Assembly: GCA_002269645.1 (NCBI GenBank)
Contig: NIVC01000405.1
Location: 314,173-378,172 of the forward strand
Length of the DNA stretch: 64,000 bases
Reading direction: 5' to 3'
DNA from: Macrostomum lignano
Taxonomy: Eukaryota
Shown here piece by piece: positions 13,281-26,050 of this stretch. Position 1 is the stretch's first letter; each line of letters opens with the position of its first letter. The notes below the pieces were generated by a model that had not been told where the DNA came from, did not search any database, and saw nothing but the letters and a program-made list of their open reading frames with translations. The position numbers and the translations under genes were made by a program.

Positions 13281-14406
13281 CTTCTGTTTGTATCAGACTT
13301 GTATCTGTACATGTATTTAGAGGTTCGGCTTATTTTGACGAGATTTCAGAATTGTCAGACTTTGATTGAAGCCTTGCGTCTCTTGGGTATCAGTACTTGC
13401 TGAAAAATACATGCATCTCATATCTGTGCAAATTTGCCGCAGTGCATAAAGAGTACAAATGATATTTACATAAATAAATCTGAGGCTTCATGCTAAGTGC
13501 TGCATGCAAAGTCACTATATTGAGTTATTTATTTACGAGCCAAATTGTTATCATGGTTACCAACCATAGCAGTTGGCTAAAAATGTTAAAACTGAAAAAA
13601 GATTGCAACGAAAAATAACGATATGGCTGATTTTGAGGTGAGCTGTTTTATATAGATAGATTTTTATCTCCACGCAAGCCAGTCAGTTATTTAGACTGTA
13701 TTTATGACTTCCAATCGTATCGTATCAGTATAGGCCAAGATTGAAAAAAAAGTTGCTCTAGGGTTGGCTTGAGTGTAACGATCCGTGAGGCATCACCACC
13801 ACTAGGGGAGCAGTGTGAGGACTGTTTGACCATAAATATTAACTCTTTGCTCATTCAAGCTTGAATTGACAGCAACCCCGCCTACCTTTTGTATTCAACT
13901 TAAACAACAGAATACGGCTCGTATGTAAACTCAATACAAGTGGAAATAAAAAAAACTGCATCAGTTGCCACCCATTCACGATATTTCAGTTATTTAAAGA
14001 TTTCTAGATACCAACGGATTGACAGCAGTTTGTAGCAATGAATAAATTGTTTTTCTATGAAATCTTTCATCAGGCCTGTTCTCCGAACGTGGGTGCAAAA
14101 GGTATCTCATATCTGCATTTTAATAGCTCGTATACGTAGCTCATATAATATCATGCATAATGATGGGGATGATGGGATGATGATGAATTACGGAGGCAGA
14201 AGTGCACTGAGTCACACATACATGCAGTGACTAGCCCAAGTAAAGGCTGCTTGCTCTGTAAGTGCGACGCAATGAACCCCCCCATCCCAAATTTGAGCGT
14301 AAAACAAAGTGTAATATCTGGCAAGAAATGTGCACGGTGATTCTTAAATATGCTCCAGGGCTATATTGGGTGCAGCAACTAGGTAAGTGCGGATTTTTTG
14401 GCTTTT

Positions 14407-15161
14407 TTAACTCGTTATGATCTGAAATGGCAATAAGGTACGTGTGGCATGGATAGATGACAACATGCCCTTTGCTCCCTCCTTTACGTCCTTTGCTGCC
14501 TTTCTCTTCTGAGCTGGCCGATCAACTGGATCGCACGTGTGCGGAGCAAGGGCTTCTATGGTTCCATCAGCACGGCGGACTGCGGAGCCATGACAGTGCA
14601 GTGATAAACGCTTAGTGCAGCGATAGTACGTGTTGCCATTTCGCCGCGTTTTTTCATCCATCAGATGGCCAAGGTCTCGTTGGTCTTTTCGTGACTGCAT
14701 CCTGCACCTGTAAGAATCTCAAAGGGCTGGGGAGGTGGGCTGCGGGGCGGTGCAAGCTCTGCTGGAGGAATTTGAATGGATTCTTCCAGAGCTGGATCAG
14801 GGTCATTGAAATCTGGATACTGGTAAAGAAAATTTTCTGCTTGTGCCAGAATCAGATGCACTGGTTCTGGATTTTCAGCAGGCAGAGGAACAGCCGCTGG
14901 TCCAGAATTCGGGGCTTGTACATGTACCACTGCAGCATCTGCAGCTTGAGACACTGCTAAGTTACCTGTAGGAGCCTGTCTATTGCATTGATTGCAAAGC
15001 CAGAAAAACTCACCGACATTTCTCATTGCAGAATACTCATCGATTGTGACGCGACTATCACATGCACGGTGCTGCCAATTCAAGCATTGAGAACACTCAA
15101 TTGCTTCTTGTCCATCGCAAACTGGCTGCAGACAGACCACACATGGATATACGCCTGCCAT
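14407..15161 (-). pseudogene. Frameshifted transposon gene remnant: PHD finger followed by a FLYWCH/WRKY-GCM1-like zinc finger
   Basis: 14661-15161 encodes CVVC...IECSQCLNWQHRAC...WLCNQC (C4HC3 PHD). 14407-14700 encodes TYYRC....CHG........HTC (FLYWCH-like). The two are in different frames with no intron-sized gap near 14690. Confidence 0.7.
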
Positions 15162-16499
15162 TTTGTATCTAAGTGCTTAGACTGCTGTCAGTGAATGAGA
15201 CAGATGAATTTTGAACAGGGCATGAAATTTACCCAGTTTTTATCCCTTTAAACAAGTAAATTAGTCTCGACCAATAAGAGAAATGGAAAAAAGCTACACC
15301 AGATTTTATATGAAGAAGAGATTTGTTTAATGCGAAATACGTTTACACCTCTTAGGGCCCTACTATAAGTAGGAAATTAAGACTCGTAACCATTTTTGTC
15401 TTTAGCCCTGCAATATGCTAATAAAATCTTGACTGCCTGTCTAAACCCCCCCCCCCATTGCAACCCCACATCTCCCCACCCGAAGCTATCCAATAGTAAA
15501 CCAGCTGTCATTTTCCGTGACCCCCACCTCAGCTGTGGCCATCTTGGTGTGTGGCCATCTTGGTCTTACACCGATATTAAGTATAGTATGTACTATATAG
15601 TAGAGTAAATAGTATATAGTATAATATAATATAATAGTATTTAATATAATTAATTGCCATTTACCCAAAATGCAAAATTTTAAATTCAAAAGCAAGTAGA
15701 GTCAAGGGCCCTAAACAAGTATGATCATTATAATTCAGACCATTGTCTATTGTAGGACCTGCTAATCCATCATTCTTTAGATTGATCCTAAATATGTTAT
15801 GACTTGATACAATTCAGAATGCAATTTGATATAATCAATAAACATTTAGCAACACTCCAGCAATATCTAAATAGGCAATGATTAATTAAATATAGGCTAT
15901 ATACATAGGCTTCAGCTCCACATGGGTTGTTGCCATGATATATAGACACAGTCAGTATGGTTGTATTCCAATTTTATAAACTTTATTGATTGCTCGCATT
16001 TAAGGCTACAACTGTTACACTATGACTATCACCATTGAATAAGTTGAATAAAATAATCTAGACAAGCAAATCATTCTATTCTTTGTGTTTTACAGTAGGT
16101 ATACATGTTATCTTTTAGAAAAAAACCATTTTAGATGCTCAGTCAACCAAAACTTTTTGGGAATTCAAAAGCATTTTTTGTCTCCATATGGGCATGTTTC
16201 TGTGGCTACAATTGTCACACCTACTAAAATGTGCCTCATTCAATTTCAAATAAAAAATATAGTTCCAAAAACCTTTTTTCTATAAATTACAATGTAGACT
16301 TGTTATTTAAGGACCACAAAACTAGTACAATTTTTTATATTACAATTCAACATTATATTCTAAAACCTATGATCATCATACTTGTGGTTGTGGACATATA
16401 TGCCCAACCTCAAAATTTCACCCATCTGGTGCAACTTAGTTCCTCTTGATTGCAATTTAGTTCCTCCAATTGCAACTTAATGTTCATTTTGTATATGAG

Positions 16500-16670
16500 C
16501 TTTTTTGCCTTTTTCTCTTTTCTTCTTTTTCTCTTTCTCACCTTTCTTTTCCTTTTCTCTTTTTTCTATCCTCTCTTTTCCTTTTCTCTTTTCTCTATCC
16601 TCTATTTTCCTTTTCTCTTTTCTCTATCCTCTCTTTTCTTTTTCTCTTCCTTTCCTTTCTTTCTTCCCCC
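16500..16670. repeat. CT-rich low-complexity tract
   Basis: TTTTCTCT-type repeats. Confidence 0.75.
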
Positions 16671-17508
16671 AATTTTTTGTTTTTTTTGAATTTTCAATTT
16701 TGCAACTTACCTTGGCCAATGGCCATTTTACCTATTTGGTTTAGACAGGTTGGACGGATATTAGGCATGTATGCTTATGGAATTGCCTAGTCCATAGTCA
16801 GGATAGCATATCTGTGCCAGAATGAATCCTCTGGCTAAAAAATGCTAACCCAAAAATATAGATGCAGTATTAATTAGTTGAGAAGGCATTTAGCCTTAAT
16901 GAGCCAGTCAGTTACTTTTGCCATTCATCCAAAATTGCATTAACTTTTGTTTTAGTATTTCTTTCATAGGTAAGTTGTATTTTTGGTCAAAAAGTAGGTC
17001 ACATGGCCAGTATAAATCAGAGAGACTATGCATGTATGTCTAGACTATAGCTTTTAATATATTAAATAAGTCTACTATAAGAGGAAAGGAGAATTTAAAG
17101 TACTAATTAAAAAAAGATAGCAAAAAATAATATAGTCTTCCTATGAATTTTAGGCTTATGACTGTCTTCTGTAGGCATTATGACAAAAGTTTAGGCTTTT
17201 TTGGTATATTAGATTAGTTTTTAACAAAACTCAAATATATACTAGATAAAAAGGTAAAATGGCTTATTAGACAAATAAATTGGTTAAATAAAGAAGTTAT
17301 AAAAATGTGTTTTTTGGCAAAAAATAATTATAGTGCTTAATAGGCAAAATGTTGTGTATTTCATTATAGACATTTTATTCTCATACTTTTTCAGAGTAAC
17401 TGGTCAGTGTACCTATTATTACACGCAGTAATATACCAGAAGTCCTGTGGCTTCAGAAAATAAATAATTCAAACAGATTTTCTTTTACAACAGCTTTTAA
17501 CTAAAAAT

Positions 17509-18599
17509 ATGGAAGCAGCAACCAATGGCATTAGTCAGGCACCACCTATGCAGGAAGAACAGCAACAACAGGCGCAGTCAGTTGTTGTCAATCTATCTGG
17601 TAATAGAGTTGGCCTAGTGAAAGAAGTAGTTAGCAGTGGTGGCCAGACTATCTTCATGGAGCGTCGAGGCCCCGTGCCAGTCACTGTGTACCAATCTGCG
17701 TCTAATTTAACAGCTTCAACTCCGTCCACTAGCTTGAGTGCTACAAGCCGACCATTTACTGCTACAACAGCTACTAATATAATTGTTGTTAATAGTCGCG
17801 ATTCAAAGTCCTCTTTTGCCACTACTGCTAGCAGTAGTAATATCAGCAGCGGCGGCGGAATTTTTGTCTTATCAAAAGATTATTCTTCATCTTCAGCGAA
17901 GCCGATTGTTGGCAATCAGACGCGATTGTTTAGCGTATCGGCTAGTGCAACAACTGCGGCGCCTGTTGTGCTGCCGGCTGCCGCTCATGCGCCTTCCAAT
18001 GCTGGCACAGCAAAGCCTACTATCATTATTGGCGGCCAAAGGGCTGCTCAGTTTAATCTGGCTGGTACTAGGATAGTCAGTCCATCAACTGGTTACCTGC
18101 AAAGTCAACAGCAGCAGCAGCAGCAGAGTTCTCAGATGTTGCAACGGCTGCGACCACCGTCTCCTCTAAAGGTTCTTCAGGCTTCGTCCCAAGGAGCGGC
18201 AGCAACCGCTGGTATCGGTAATCGTTCATCCAAGGTGCAACCGTCTTACCTGCCGCCCGCACTGACGTCGTCCTTATCTGTTAATGTTGCTAATCAGCAG
18301 CAGCAGCCGCCGCCGCTAGCAGCAAATGAAGTTATAATTGGCGATGCCGTGGCTGCCGATTCAGTCCATTTGGCTAATTCGACGAGTTCGCCTTCGCAGC
18401 CAACGCAGTCTAATTTGATAACTAGTAGACGTAAACAGCGTCTATTGGAAGGCCACGGCACTGTCGCTGTTCCTAATGTCTCCAAATTTACTCCTACTAC
18501 TACTACTAGCAAAAGTAGTGCAGGAAGTGCAATCTCTGTTCGTTGTATTTGTCAGTACACGCACGACGACGGCAATTGTGTACAGTGTGTCGCTTGTCA
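17509..18599 (+). CDS. KMT2E: KMT2E/SETD5/UpSET-family gene, coding exon 1 (low-complexity N-terminus, first half of PHD finger)
   Basis: Ends VRCICQYTHDDGNCVQCVAC, then a GTAAGT donor at 18600 (phase 2). Confidence 0.85.
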
Positions 18600-18669
18600 G
18601 TAAGTTTTACGGCACTTAAATTCGTGTTCTTTGAGTATATTAGGTGAGGCTTCTCTTAAGTAGCCGAGG

Positions 18670-19130
18670 TCTTTTGAGTAACTGAGGTTTCCCTTGAGTA
18701 GCTCAGGTATCCCTTGAGTAGCTCAGGTATCCCTTGAGTAGCTCAGGTGTCCCTTGAGTAGCTCAGGTGTCCCTCGAATAGCTGAAGTGCCCTTGAGTAG
18801 CTGAGGTGTCCTTTGGGTAGCTCAGGTGTTATCTGAGTAGCTCAGGTGTCCCTTGAGTAGCTCAGGTGTCCCTCGAATAGCTGAAGTGCCCTTGAGTAGC
18901 TGAGGTCCCTTGGGTAGTTGAGGTGAGGTGTTTCTTGAGTAGCTCAGGTGTCCCTCGAATAGCTGAGGTGTTCCTTGAGTAGCTGAAGTGTTCCTTGAGT
19001 AGCTGAGGTGTTCCTTGAGTAGCTGAGGTGTTCCTTGAGTAGCCGAAGTGTTCCTTGAGTAGTTCAGGTGTCCCTTAAATAGCTAAGGTGTCCCTTTAAT
19101 AGCTGAGGTGTCCCTTGAGTAGGTTAGGTG
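18670..19130. repeat. Intronic minisatellite, 20 bp TTGAGTAGCTCAGGTGTCCC, about 22 copies
   Basis: Direct periodicity within intron 1. Confidence 0.9.
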
Positions 19131-19382
19131 AGGTGTTTCTTGATTATCATATATTAAGTGAAGTGTCTTTCGAGTAAGTGAAGTATGGTCAGGTGCGAGG
19201 TATGACTGGGAAAGGGAAAGTCTGAGTTTGGTGAGGTGTTTACTCGTATCTTTGCAGTAGTAGAGTTGCTAAAGTGTCTTCTGAAAAGGTGTGCGACTTT
19301 AAAATCGATTAGTTAGCCGCACTAAATTCGCCTGTCACATAAAAATGTACACCCCTTGTCTTTACTCATATCTTCCGCGCAG

Positions 19383-19552
19383 CGTATGGCAGCACGTTGA
19401 CTGCATGATGTTAAGAACTGCCGAATCGGAGTCGCTACTAAGCTATCAGTGCGAGCAATGCCAGCCAAAGCCTGTGAACGTTTCTAGGGCGATGCGACTG
19501 CAGACTAGAAAGTTGGATAAGCTGCGCGAAATTCGCAGCCAAGCTGGACTCG
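19383..19552 (+). CDS. KMT2E: KMT2E-family exon 2 (second half of PHD finger)
   Basis: CAG acceptor; splicing gives CVACHVWQHVDCM...YQCEQCQPKPVNVSRAMRLQTRKL; GTGAGT donor at 19553. Confidence 0.88.
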
Positions 19553-19889
19553 GTGAGTTGCCGGTGAGATTCTTCCTTTAGAAGAAAAAGTACTCAAGTT
19601 TCTTCCTTATACTAAGCTAAGACCCCAGAAGCATCGCTGAGATTTCTCTGAGACTCCTTTTAAACTATCGACAACAACTTATAATTTGAAGCCTATTCAT
19701 AAACAGCCGTGAAACGCCCTATAGACATTTATAAACAGCCCCCAAAACACCTTATAATTATTAATAAAAAGCCACGAAACACTATAAGCTAGCTCGTCAA
19801 GATCCGCCTGAAACACTTCATAAATAAACGCACTACAAAAAGTCTGAAACACACAATAAGGACACTAAAAACAGTCTGTAACACACCAT

Positions 19890-20135
19890 AAATACATTCC
19901 AAATAGTCTAAAACACACCATAAACACACTAAAAACAGTCTGAAACACACCATAAACACACTACAAACAGTCTGAAACACACCATAAACACACTACAAAC
20001 AGTCTGAAACACACCATAAACACACTACAAACAGTCTGAAACACACCATAAACACACTACAAACAGTCTGAAACACACCATAAACACACTACAAACAGTC
20101 TGAAACACACCATAAACACACTACAAACAGTCTGA
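19890..20135. repeat. Intronic minisatellite, 32 bp AAACACACCATAAACACACTACAAACAGTCTG
   Basis: Direct periodicity within intron 2. Confidence 0.9.
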
Positions 20136-20167
20136 ACGACTTGTCTACATTTGTCCAATCTCACTAG

Positions 20168-21183
20168 ATTCATATTCAAAACAAAACATTCCAGCGCCTA
20201 AAGCTAGTCCGTCTCTTTCAACCAAGAAGACAGCAGCTCAGGCCGCTATAAGTTCAACTCGTCAGCCAATCGCGGCGGCAAAATATCGCGAAGCTCGCGA
20301 GCCAGTCTACTCTGATCAGTTTAATCGCAGATTTGCTCGCCTCATGCTAGCATTGTACGGCTCGGCTAATGCCAGCGTGCCATTGCGGCAGCAGGATGAT
20401 AGCTGCGCCAGCGACTATAGAGAGGATCCTACTGAACTGCTACTGGCGCAGCGTTGTCGGGTTGTACAGCCGGGCAGGCTGGAAGCCACTCTAAGCCTGT
20501 CGCCAGGCGATCCAGTTATCGAATATCGCGGCCGCGTCTGCCTACCGGAAGAACTTCCGTCGTCGTCTCTAGGCAGTAGATTTGTACTTTATTACGCCGG
20601 TTTCGATTCGAATTGTTGGACAGCGACTCAAACTGAATCGAACTCTATCTCCAATTTGCCATTGGTTGCTATAGACGCTAGTAACCTTGGCAACGATGCT
20701 AGATATGTTAGACGATCGTGCAGACCGAACTGTTCGGTGCAGCATCTGGTATTGGACGGCCGGCCGCACCTAATACTTATAGCTAATGAAAGGCTAAGAC
20801 CCGGAGACGAATTAACGTTACCATTCGATTTCGACTATCAATTGCGTAAAAGTCCAGTAGCGTGCGCCTGTTCCAGACCGCACACGTGTCCTGTTAGACT
20901 GTTCTTTCAACGATTGCAGCAGCACAGCGCCGCAGCTGCTGTTGTTGAACAAGATTCTCAACCGGACGATGACGACGTCGGTGATGAAGAGGGGGACAAT
21001 CAGTCGGTGTCTTCGACAACGTCAATTTCGACTGCAAATCGTTCGTCTGCTACTGAAGCTTCCCGGTCTAGCGTTGCCGGGGCGTTTGACGATTTAATTG
21101 GCGATATACACGCGTCGGCTAGTAAGAAACGGGCTGCGACTGGTGCCGCTTTTAAAAAGCCCGGCTCTGGAGGGAAAAGTCGT
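20168..21183 (+). CDS. KMT2E: KMT2E-family exon 3 (SET domain + post-SET)
   Basis: VIEYRGRV...FVLYY...IDASNLGNDARYVRRSCRPNC...GDELTLPFDFDY...CAC. The RRSC motif is typical of KMT2E/SETD5/Set3. Acceptor at 20167 and GTAAGT donor at 21184 keep frame. Confidence 0.92.
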
Positions 21184-21289
21184 GTAAGTTATGTTATTGG
21201 ATATTCCACTCATACTGCATAGACACCTGATAAGCTCATAACTTATACTAACACACTTCATTTCTTGAGCATTAATCTACTCACTCAAA

Positions 21290-21810
21290 ATGCTCAAATT
21301 GGTCATTAACCTACTCACTCGGGATACTCAAATTGGTCATTAACCTACTCTCTTGGGATACTCCAATAGGTCATTGACCTACTCACTCGGGATACTCCAA
21401 TAGGTCATTAACCTACTCACTCGGGATACGCCAATAGGTCATTGACCTACTCACTCGGGATACTCCAATAGGTCATTAACCTACTCTCTTGGGATACTCC
21501 AATAGGTCATTGACCTACTCACTCGGGATACTCCAATAGGTCATTAACCTACTCACTCGGGATACGCCAATAGGTCATTGACCTACTCACTCGGGATACT
21601 CCAATAGGTCATTAACCTACTCTCTTGGGATACTCCAATAGGTCATTGACCTACTCACTCGGGATACTCCAATAGGTCATTAACCTACTCACTCGGGATA
21701 CGCCAATAGGTCATTGACCTACTCACTCGGGATACTCCAATAGGTCATTAACCTACTCACTCGTGTTACTCAAATCGGTCATTAACCTACTCACTCAAGT
21801 ACTCCAATGA
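21290..21810. repeat. Intronic minisatellite, 34 bp GGTCATTAACCTACTCACTCGGGATACTCCAATA, about 15 copies
   Basis: Direct periodicity within intron 3. Confidence 0.9.
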
Positions 21811-22238
21811 GTCATACATATTGACATATTCTATGGTCTTCGATCTTGTCCTTCTATCCATTTGTATATATTACCCTGTCAACTGTATAAATTTCCACTG
21901 ACAGACTCCGCTGTTGAATACTGATTTGCAGAAGGCCAATCGCAGCATATCCTTTGATACGCCAGCCTCAACCTCAACCAAAGTGCACAATCGTCAGAAT
22001 TCTCAGCCTGAAAAAAAGACAAAGAAAAATACCTCAACAACAGCTGTAAGTCGTTATTCTTAAGTATAGAAAGCTTTAACAAATATAGATGGTCTTAAGT
22101 CTGTTTGATGCGCGCAAATTTGCTCAGAAATATTCAACTACTTTGTAGTAGTATATGTAGCATTTAGTCATAGCCAAATAGGTGAGAGAACTACAGTACT
22201 TCCTACTTGTTAAACCATATTCGCATGTTCATATCAAG

Positions 22239-22331
22239 GCTCGCAGCATCTCAGTTGACCAAGCCAACGATGCAGCAGCAGCAGCCTCACCAACTACTGC
22301 TGATGCTCAGCAACAGGGCTCGTCTAATTTG
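22239..22331 (+). CDS. KMT2E: KMT2E-family exon 4 (93 nt)
   Basis: AG/GTGAGT-bounded, phase 0 on both sides, encodes ARSISVDQANDAAAAASPTTADAQQQGSSNL. Confidence 0.65.
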
Positions 22332-22699
22332 GTGAGTTTAATGTAAATACATTAAAATATAGCTAACAATAAATTGTTACATCGCTTTTGACAACTTATT
22401 CGAATGGCGATATTGTTTGTTGGCATTTCGTCAGCAATCTCTACTGTCGCTGTTTCGCGTTTGTTTAAAAAGCAACATAAAAAGGCAAACGTGCTAAGAT
22501 AGTCTTTACCAATCGTTGTTGTCCTATACGCTATAAGCTTTCATACAACAAGCGAATGACAGACTTTCACATTTTTATGCCTTTTCTGGTATCATAAACG
22601 TTTAGGTTTTCTATATATGCATTGCACCTGCATTTCAATGGCCCCGATTCTTCAGTGGTTAGCTACAATCGGATGTACAGATCTAGACTCTAAAGTATA

Positions 22700-22970
22700 A
22701 ATATGCAATCTAAAGTACAAATATACACCCTAAAGTACAGTGTAACCGTAAAAGTACAAATATACACCCGAAAATGTAGGTATATACCCTAAAGTACAAA
22801 TATACACCCTAAAGTATATGTATAACCGTAAAGTACAAATATACACCCGAAAGTATAGGTATATACCCTAAAGTACAAATATGCACCCCAAAGTACAGGC
22901 ATACAGCCTAAAGTACAAATGTGCTCCCTAAAGTACAGATATACACACTAAAGTACAACCATACACAAGT
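22700..22970. repeat. Intronic minisatellite, 20 bp TAAAGTACAAATATACACCC
   Basis: Direct periodicity within intron 4. Confidence 0.85.
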
Positions 22971-23101
22971 ATACATCCCTGAGCTGCGCCCTAATGTACA
23001 CTCTAACTCTAGCTGGGCAACTACCGTACTAGCTTGAATCTAGCAGCAATCTTACTCAGAGCAATTTTGTCAATTTTAATCCCAAATCATTCCCCACTCA
23101 G

Positions 23102-24121
23102 GACCGGGAGGAGCGCTGGATGCAGGCCATGCTGAAGCGCATCGAGACCATGGAGAAGCGTCAGCGTGCAGCCAAGCGCCAACGACAGAGAAGCAGCGAG
23201 CAGAAGCAATCGCACTCTGCTTCGTCACCTTCGGTATCCGTAGATACTGAAGAGGCCAAAGAAACTCTTGCCGCAGCCGCCGACACGCAGTCGAAGCCTG
23301 AAGATGCTGCTGTCGCGGCTACGGTGCCAAAAGAGTCGCCGAAGTCGAAGAAAACGCCAACAAAGCATTCGGCTGGCAGCGGCGGTCAGCCAAGTCGCAA
23401 GCCGAAAAAAGAAGAAATCAGTTTTGACGAATTTGTTGAGAAATCCTCGTCGCATTCTCCGGCTGATGGAGATGAAGCTGAGCAAACTGAATTATCGACC
23501 ATAGCAACGCCATCAAAGCGACCGAAGAACGCTGGTGTCGCTTCATCCAATTCGTCGCCATTGAAATCGCCGCAGCCGCAGCAGCCTCAGTCGGCAGCTT
23601 CAACGGCAGAATCTGCGTCACGTAATCCGGCTGAATCTCGGGAAGACCGCCTATTGCAGATGTACATCAAGCGTATCGAACAGATGGAACGTCGCGCGGG
23701 CGCTTCTTCGTCGAGGAAACGACAGAAATCATCAACTGGAGAAGGTGGCGGAGCCAGTTCCACCTCGCCTTCGCCAAAGAAGCCCCGGCCAACTGCTGAC
23801 AATGCCCAGAATTCCCAACCTGCTCAACAGGGAAAGCAGCGCGACTCCACTAACGGGGCTGGCGACCAAGCCGATGACGACAATTCGTCTTTAAGCTCGT
23901 CGGATGACGATACTATGAACTTTCTTGACGACGATTTGATTGCTAGAGAGAGGCGAGAACGCCGGGAGGCAAGGAAATCGCCAAGGCACCGGGTGTTCCA
24001 TTCGCCGCCTCCTCAGCAGTCTAAATCTTCTATGTTGTCGTCATCAGCTATGACGGCCGCGAGCAGTAGGTCGCCTATGAAAACGCCGACTCGTTCAGCC
24101 GCTGAAGAGGCATTGGTGTCT
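23102..24121 (+). CDS. KMT2E: KMT2E-family exon 5
   Basis: CAG acceptor; starts DREERWMQAMLKRIETMEKRQ (family REERKMEAI-like helix); GTAAGT donor at 24122. Confidence 0.85.
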
Positions 24122-24295
24122 GTAAGTTCACAAGTAGAGGGAAATTATTTTTCTAGTTGCGTACTAGATACAAGATAAGATACCATTTTATAAAAGATAC
24201 CATTAGCATCATTAGCACCATTAGCACCATACCATCATACCATACCATACCATCTTTTATATAGATATAAAAGATACCACTTAATATATCAGGGC

Positions 24296-25720
24296 CTGCA
24301 CGCTTTAGAGTCCATTCCTGCACGCTTTAGAGTCCATTTCTGCACGCTTTAGAGTCCATTCCTGCACGCTTTAGAGTCCATTTCTGCACGCTTTAGAGTC
24401 CATTTCTGCACGCTTTAGAGTCCATTTCTGCACGCTTTAGAGTCCATTTCTGCACGCTTTAGAGTCCATTCCTGCACGCTTTAGAGTCCATTCCTGCATG
24501 CTTCAGAGTCCATTCCTGCCCTGCACGCTTTAGAGTCCATTTCTGCACGCTTTAGAGTCCATTTCTGCATGCGTCAGATTCCATTCCTGCACGCTTTAGA
24601 GTCCATTCCTGCACGCTTTACAGTCCATTCCTGCACGCTTTAGAGTCCATTTCTGCACGCTTTACAGTCCATTTCTGCACGCTTTAGAGTCCATTTCTGC
24701 ACGCTTTAGAGTCCATTCCTGCATGCTTCAGAGTCCATTCCTGCCCTGCACGCTTTAGAGTCCATTTCTGCACGCTTTAGAGTCCATTTCTGCATGCGTC
24801 AGAGTCCATTTCTGCACGCTTTAGAGTCCATTCCTGCACGCTTTAGAGTCCATTCCTGCATGCTTCAGAGTCCATTCCTGCCCTGCACGCTTTAGAGTCC
24901 ATTTCTGCACGCTTTAGAGTCCATTTCTGCATGCGTCAGATTCCATTCCTGCACGCTTTAGAGTCCATTCCTGCACGCTTTAGAGTCCATTCCTGCACGC
25001 TTTAGAGTCCATTTCTGCATGCGTCAGAGTCCATTTCTGCACGCTTTAGAGTCCATTCCTGCACGCTTTAGAGTCCATTCCTGCACGCTTTACAGTCCAT
25101 TTCTGCACGCTTTAGAGTCCATTTCTGCACGCTTTAGAGTCCATTCCTGCATGCTTCAGAGTCCATTCCTGCACGCTTTAGAGTCCATTCCTGCACGCTT
25201 TATAGTCCATTCCTGCACGCTTTAGAGTCCATTTCTGCACGCTTTAGAGTCCATTCCTGCACGCTTTAGAGTCCATTCCTGCACGCTTTAGAGTCCATTT
25301 CTGCACGCTTCAGAGTCCATTCCTGCACGCTTTAGAGTCCATTCCTGCACGCTTTAGAGTCCATTCCTGCACGCTTTAGAGTCCATTCCTGCACGCTTTA
25401 GAGTCCATTTCTGCACGCTTTAGAGTCCATTTCTGCACGCTTCAGAGTCCATTCCTGCACGCTTTAGAGTCCATTCCTGCACGCTTTAGAGTCCATTCCT
25501 GAACGCTTTATAGTCCATTCCTGCACGCTTTAGAGTCCATTTCTGCACGCTTTAGAGTCCATTCCTGCACGCTTTAGAGTCCATTCCTGCACGCTTTAGA
25601 GTCCATTTCTGCACGCTTTAGAGTCCATTTCTGCACGCTTCAGAGTCCATTCCTGCACGCTTTAGAGTCCATTCCTGAACGCTTTATAGTCCATTCTTGC
25701 ATCTTAGGGTACATTCCTGC
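24296..25720. repeat. Intronic minisatellite, 22 bp CTGCACGCTTTAGAGTCCATT(C/T), about 64 copies
   Basis: Direct periodicity within intron 5; units decay at the right end. Confidence 0.95.
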
Positions 25721-26050
25721 AAAATTTAGAGTATATTCCTCCACAGTAAAGTTCATTTCTGTACACAAAGGTGCGGCAGTTTAAAAAATGTTTAGACTGG
25801 GAGAAGGCAGTCATTAATCTGCATGTCCCATGTACACTGGAGTAACAAAAGCAACGTCGATTGCGAGCGAGTCTCTTATCAGGAAATGGCAATGGAATAG
25901 CGCTCCTGGTTTTATTATCGTCAGTGTGCAGAAATTATTCTGTAGGTTAAGCAAAGTGGCGGCGGTTAGTACGCGGTTAGTCACCTAATTGAAGTCAGGC
26001 ACCGTGGATATTTAGCTAAGTAATAATAATAATATATTTAATTTTTACAG

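Larger units (their letters stand above)
10414..15572 (-). mobile_element. 5.16 kb Mutator-like (MULE/Phantom-type) element, defective
   Basis: 42 bp TIRs (10414-10455 and 15531-15572; inner 35 bp perfect, GACCAAGATGGCCACACACCAAGATGGCCACAGCT), flanked by an 8 bp direct repeat GATATTAA (10406-10413, 15573-15580). It encloses a PHD+FLYWCH-like ORF. No DDE catalytic domain was found. Confidence 0.65.

Noticed and set aside
18611-19330. GCAC(T)TAAATTCG near both ends of KMT2E intron 1, suggesting an introner-like insertion
   Set aside because: Only about 12 bp, not at the splice junctions, and no equivalent found in the other introns.
21290-25720. 20-34 bp arrays as possible CRISPR loci
   Set aside because: Head-to-tail units without unique spacers, no cas genes, and a eukaryotic intron context.
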